Origin: a virus
Taxonomy: Duplodnaviria > Caudoviricetes
DNA: 38,977 nucleotides
Virus record (IMG/VR): IMGVR_UViG_3300025665_000804
Coordinates: 1 to 38,977 of that record
Reading direction: 5' to 3' (one strand)
Shown here piece after piece: positions 36,837 to 38,977 of the stretch. The position numbers and the translations under genes were made by a program. Within the stretch, counting starts at the first letter, position 1, and the number at the start of each line of letters is the position of its first letter. The notes under the pieces were generated by a model. That model did no database searches. It was given only the letters and a program-made list of their open reading frames with translations, and was not told the DNA's origin.

Positions 36837-38977
36837 AGGTACTTGGTGAACCCGGACTTAGAGTACAGTGACTTTAAGTGCTGCACCCACCTGTCCGCAA
36901 TTATAGACCAGTCAAAATTAAGAGCGTCTTCCCTGCCCTGCTTCCCTAACCTTTCGCAAAGGTCTGGGTTATCTATTAGTTCGCATAGGTGATCGAACAA
37001 ATCCTTGTTTGAATTGGCTATGAAGCAGTTCTCTGAGTGCTTGCCGTATTCGTCAATACCTAGATTGTCTGTGGACACTAGAGCACAGCCTGACGCCATC
37101 CCCTCTAGACCTGGTAACCCAAAGCCCTGGAAGTCTGATGGCTCAAAGACTATGCTTGCATCCCTCATTATCTCGGCAACCTTATCCTGCGAAACTTTGC
37201 CATGATGGATGTGTGAGAACGTGCAGTCTTCTCCAAAGGTCTCAAGGGACACTTCGTCCCCATACCTAGCCTTCAACTTTTGAAAGATAGACTGAAGCCT
37301 CTTTGCCCCTCTCCTCGGAGTGCTTGGTCTGTGCATCGAGACAATCTTGATTCTAGACTCGCGCTTTTCTCCAGGATAGAACTTGTGACAGTCCACCCCT
37401 ACCGGTATGTGAGTATAGGAGCTTATGCCGAGCTCTTTCTTTGCGGAGTCTCCGACCCAGTCCGCGTTGACGATTCTATTGGGAATCTTTGGGTATGCCT
37501 CTATTGATCCATTCCTTAGTGAGGGTTTACCGCTTTGCTCCATGAACAGGTCTTCTCTATCCTGCCAGAAGGCAACAGGTATAGCCTTTGCGCCGTCGTT
37601 CATAATGTCTGACAGTATCTCTCCCGTGAACCAGTGTGTCGCAACAATTACGCCTTCCTCGCAGTCAGGGTCTTTCGATAATGCCCGAAGGGATGCAGCG
37701 TTTGTGTGCTTGTTCGGTCCCGCTAGAAACTTAAACTCGTGAGGCTGGTTTAGACAGTACTCAATGCTCGCGTTGATGCCTCTCTTTGTGAGCTCATTAA
37801 CAAGCCTTACGACACAGTAGACCCCACCGTATGGACCTATGTTGAAACACAGGAATCGTACAGGCATTGAGTAAGGCTTTAGCGTTGAAGCTACACTCCT
37901 CACTCGGTCCATCTTCTTGTCCCAGAGTCTCATCTTAACCTGCTCTCTGAGATACAGGGGCCGCCACCTCTCCAAGAAAGAGTTCATGCCATCACGCTCT
38001 CGCTGCTCTGCCTTTTCCATCGTCCCGTGCGACTCATGATAAACATAGACGTCATCCGCCACTATGCATCTCATGCCATCGTTTCTGGCTCTAGCCCAGA
38101 GCTCACACTCCTCGCCGTATCCATCACCATAAATGTCGGCGTCAAACGGACCATGCTTTTTCCACAGGTCTCGCTCGATCAAGAGGCAATTCCCGACACT
38201 TGTCACCGCATCTGGATAAGAAGGTGGAACCATAGATGCAGCCACAGCGGCAGACATATAAGATACTCGACCACCCAGACGCCTCATTCCATGAGACTTT
38301 TCCATCGACATGGGTAAGCTGATTATTGCCTGCTGGTTCGATACCGGATTTACAAGTACAGCGTTATTTCTTATCGCCCCACGAACCATCCCAGAGAGCC
38401 ATCCTGCGGTTACGATGATGTCACTATTCATGGTGACGACATAGTCTGCACCATCATAGAAGGCTTTCTTGATCCCCTTGTTTACACTCTTCAGGTATCC
38501 GATGTTCTCATGCTCAATAACCTCCCACCCATTCCGCTTCGCCGTCCCGTTGATTAGAGAAGAGCTGTACTCATCGCTCCCATCATTTACCAGGTATACA
38601 TTAAGAAGCTTGGGGTAAACGGTTTCCTCGAGAACAGACTGCAAGCAGTCCATAAACCTGTCCGGCTTATTGAAGATCGGGATCACTATTGCCGCTGACG
38701 GCGGAGTGAACTCTATTGGCTCAACATTGGGCCACCTAACTTCGCCAGCATTTGAAGACCAGCCTAGCCAAGGTCTACTCTTGAACACATCGAAAACCCA
38801 CGATGGCCCTGGTTCCCGGTCAAGACTCGGAGACAGTATAACCTCCGGATCAACATAGTCGCCATTGTTGACAGGGCAAGTGTTGACGTATGGAAGTGGA
38901 GCATCTATTCGAATCTCAATAGAGGAAGGAGTTTTCGGACCCCTTCTTACTATAGGCGATTCGGCAGAGCTGACATT
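36833..38977 (-). CDS. Bifunctional GT2 + GT4 glycosyltransferase (5' end probably outside window)
   Basis: IVIPIFN, VNDGS, NSD, GYGEE (GT2), then GG..., PVGVD, QGFGLPGLEGMASG (GT-B/GT4). The frame stays open from 38788 to the window edge. Confidence 0.9.
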   Translation of the reverse strand, partial: NVSSAESPIVRRGPKTPSSIEIRIDAPLPYVNTCPVNNGDYVDPEVILSPSLDREPGPSWVFDVFKSRPWLGWSSNAGEVRWPNVEPIEFTPPSAAIVIPIFNKPDRFMDCLQSVLEETVYPKLLNVYLVNDGSDEYSSSLINGTAKRNGWEVIEHENIGYLKSVNKGIKKAFYDGADYVVTMNSDIIVTAGWLSGMVRGAIRNNAVLVNPVSNQQAIISLPMSMEKSHGMRRLGGRVSYMSAAVAASMVPPSYPDAVTSVGNCLLIERDLWKKHGPFDADIYGDGYGEECELWARARNDGMRCIVADDVYVYHESHGTMEKAEQRERDGMNSFLERWRPLYLREQVKMRLWDKKMDRVRSVASTLKPYSMPVRFLCFNIGPYGGVYCVVRLVNELTKRGINASIEYCLNQPHEFKFLAGPNKHTNAASLRALSKDPDCEEGVIVATHWFTGEILSDIMNDGAKAIPVAFWQDREDLFMEQSGKPSLRNGSIEAYPKIPNRIVNADWVGDSAKKELGISSYTHIPVGVDCHKFYPGEKRESRIKIVSMHRPSTPRRGAKRLQSIFQKLKARYGDEVSLETFGEDCTFSHIHHGKVSQDKVAEIMRDASIVFEPSDFQGFGLPGLEGMASGCALVSTDNLGIDEYGKHSENCFIANSNKDLFDHLCELIDNPDLCERLGKQGREDALNFDWSIIADRWVQHLKSLYSKSGFTKYL

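Noticed and set aside
1-38977. Stop-codon reassignment, CRISPR array, DGR, introns/inteins, integrase
   Set aside because: Standard-code ORFs tile the window using all three stop codons; no spaced repeats, reverse transcriptase, split genes or recombinase motifs were seen.

Overview
A ~39 kb segment of a tailed dsDNA phage genome, with no host housekeeping genes, integrase, tRNA or CRISPR seen. The left part holds a truncated terminase-small-like gene, a DnaB helicase and a divergent recombination operon (HTH regulator, YqaJ exonuclease, DUF1071/Sak annealase, SSB, RuvC). That operon ends in an RHH/coiled-coil gene coupled to an FtsZ/tubulin-family GTPase, facing a ParB-like gene. The middle holds a LamG protein, a holin/spanin-like membrane cassette, a glycosyltransferase plus methyltransferase cluster directly downstream of a T4 gp23-type major capsid gene, and a gp21-type protease-scaffold fusion. 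The right part holds fibre and tail-tip genes, a 1848-aa tape measure, tail chaperones G/GT (GGGAAAC -1 frameshift, encoded on the opposite strand to the tail operon), tail tube and neck genes, a CHAP endolysin and a GT2+GT4 fusion running off the window. The most notable points are a possible tubulin-based positioning module in a siphovirus-like phage, a T4-type head with a non-contractile tail, a probable virion glycosylation system, the inverted chaperone cassette and a 120-nt structured intergenic element. All calls come from motif recognition by eye; no database searches were run.
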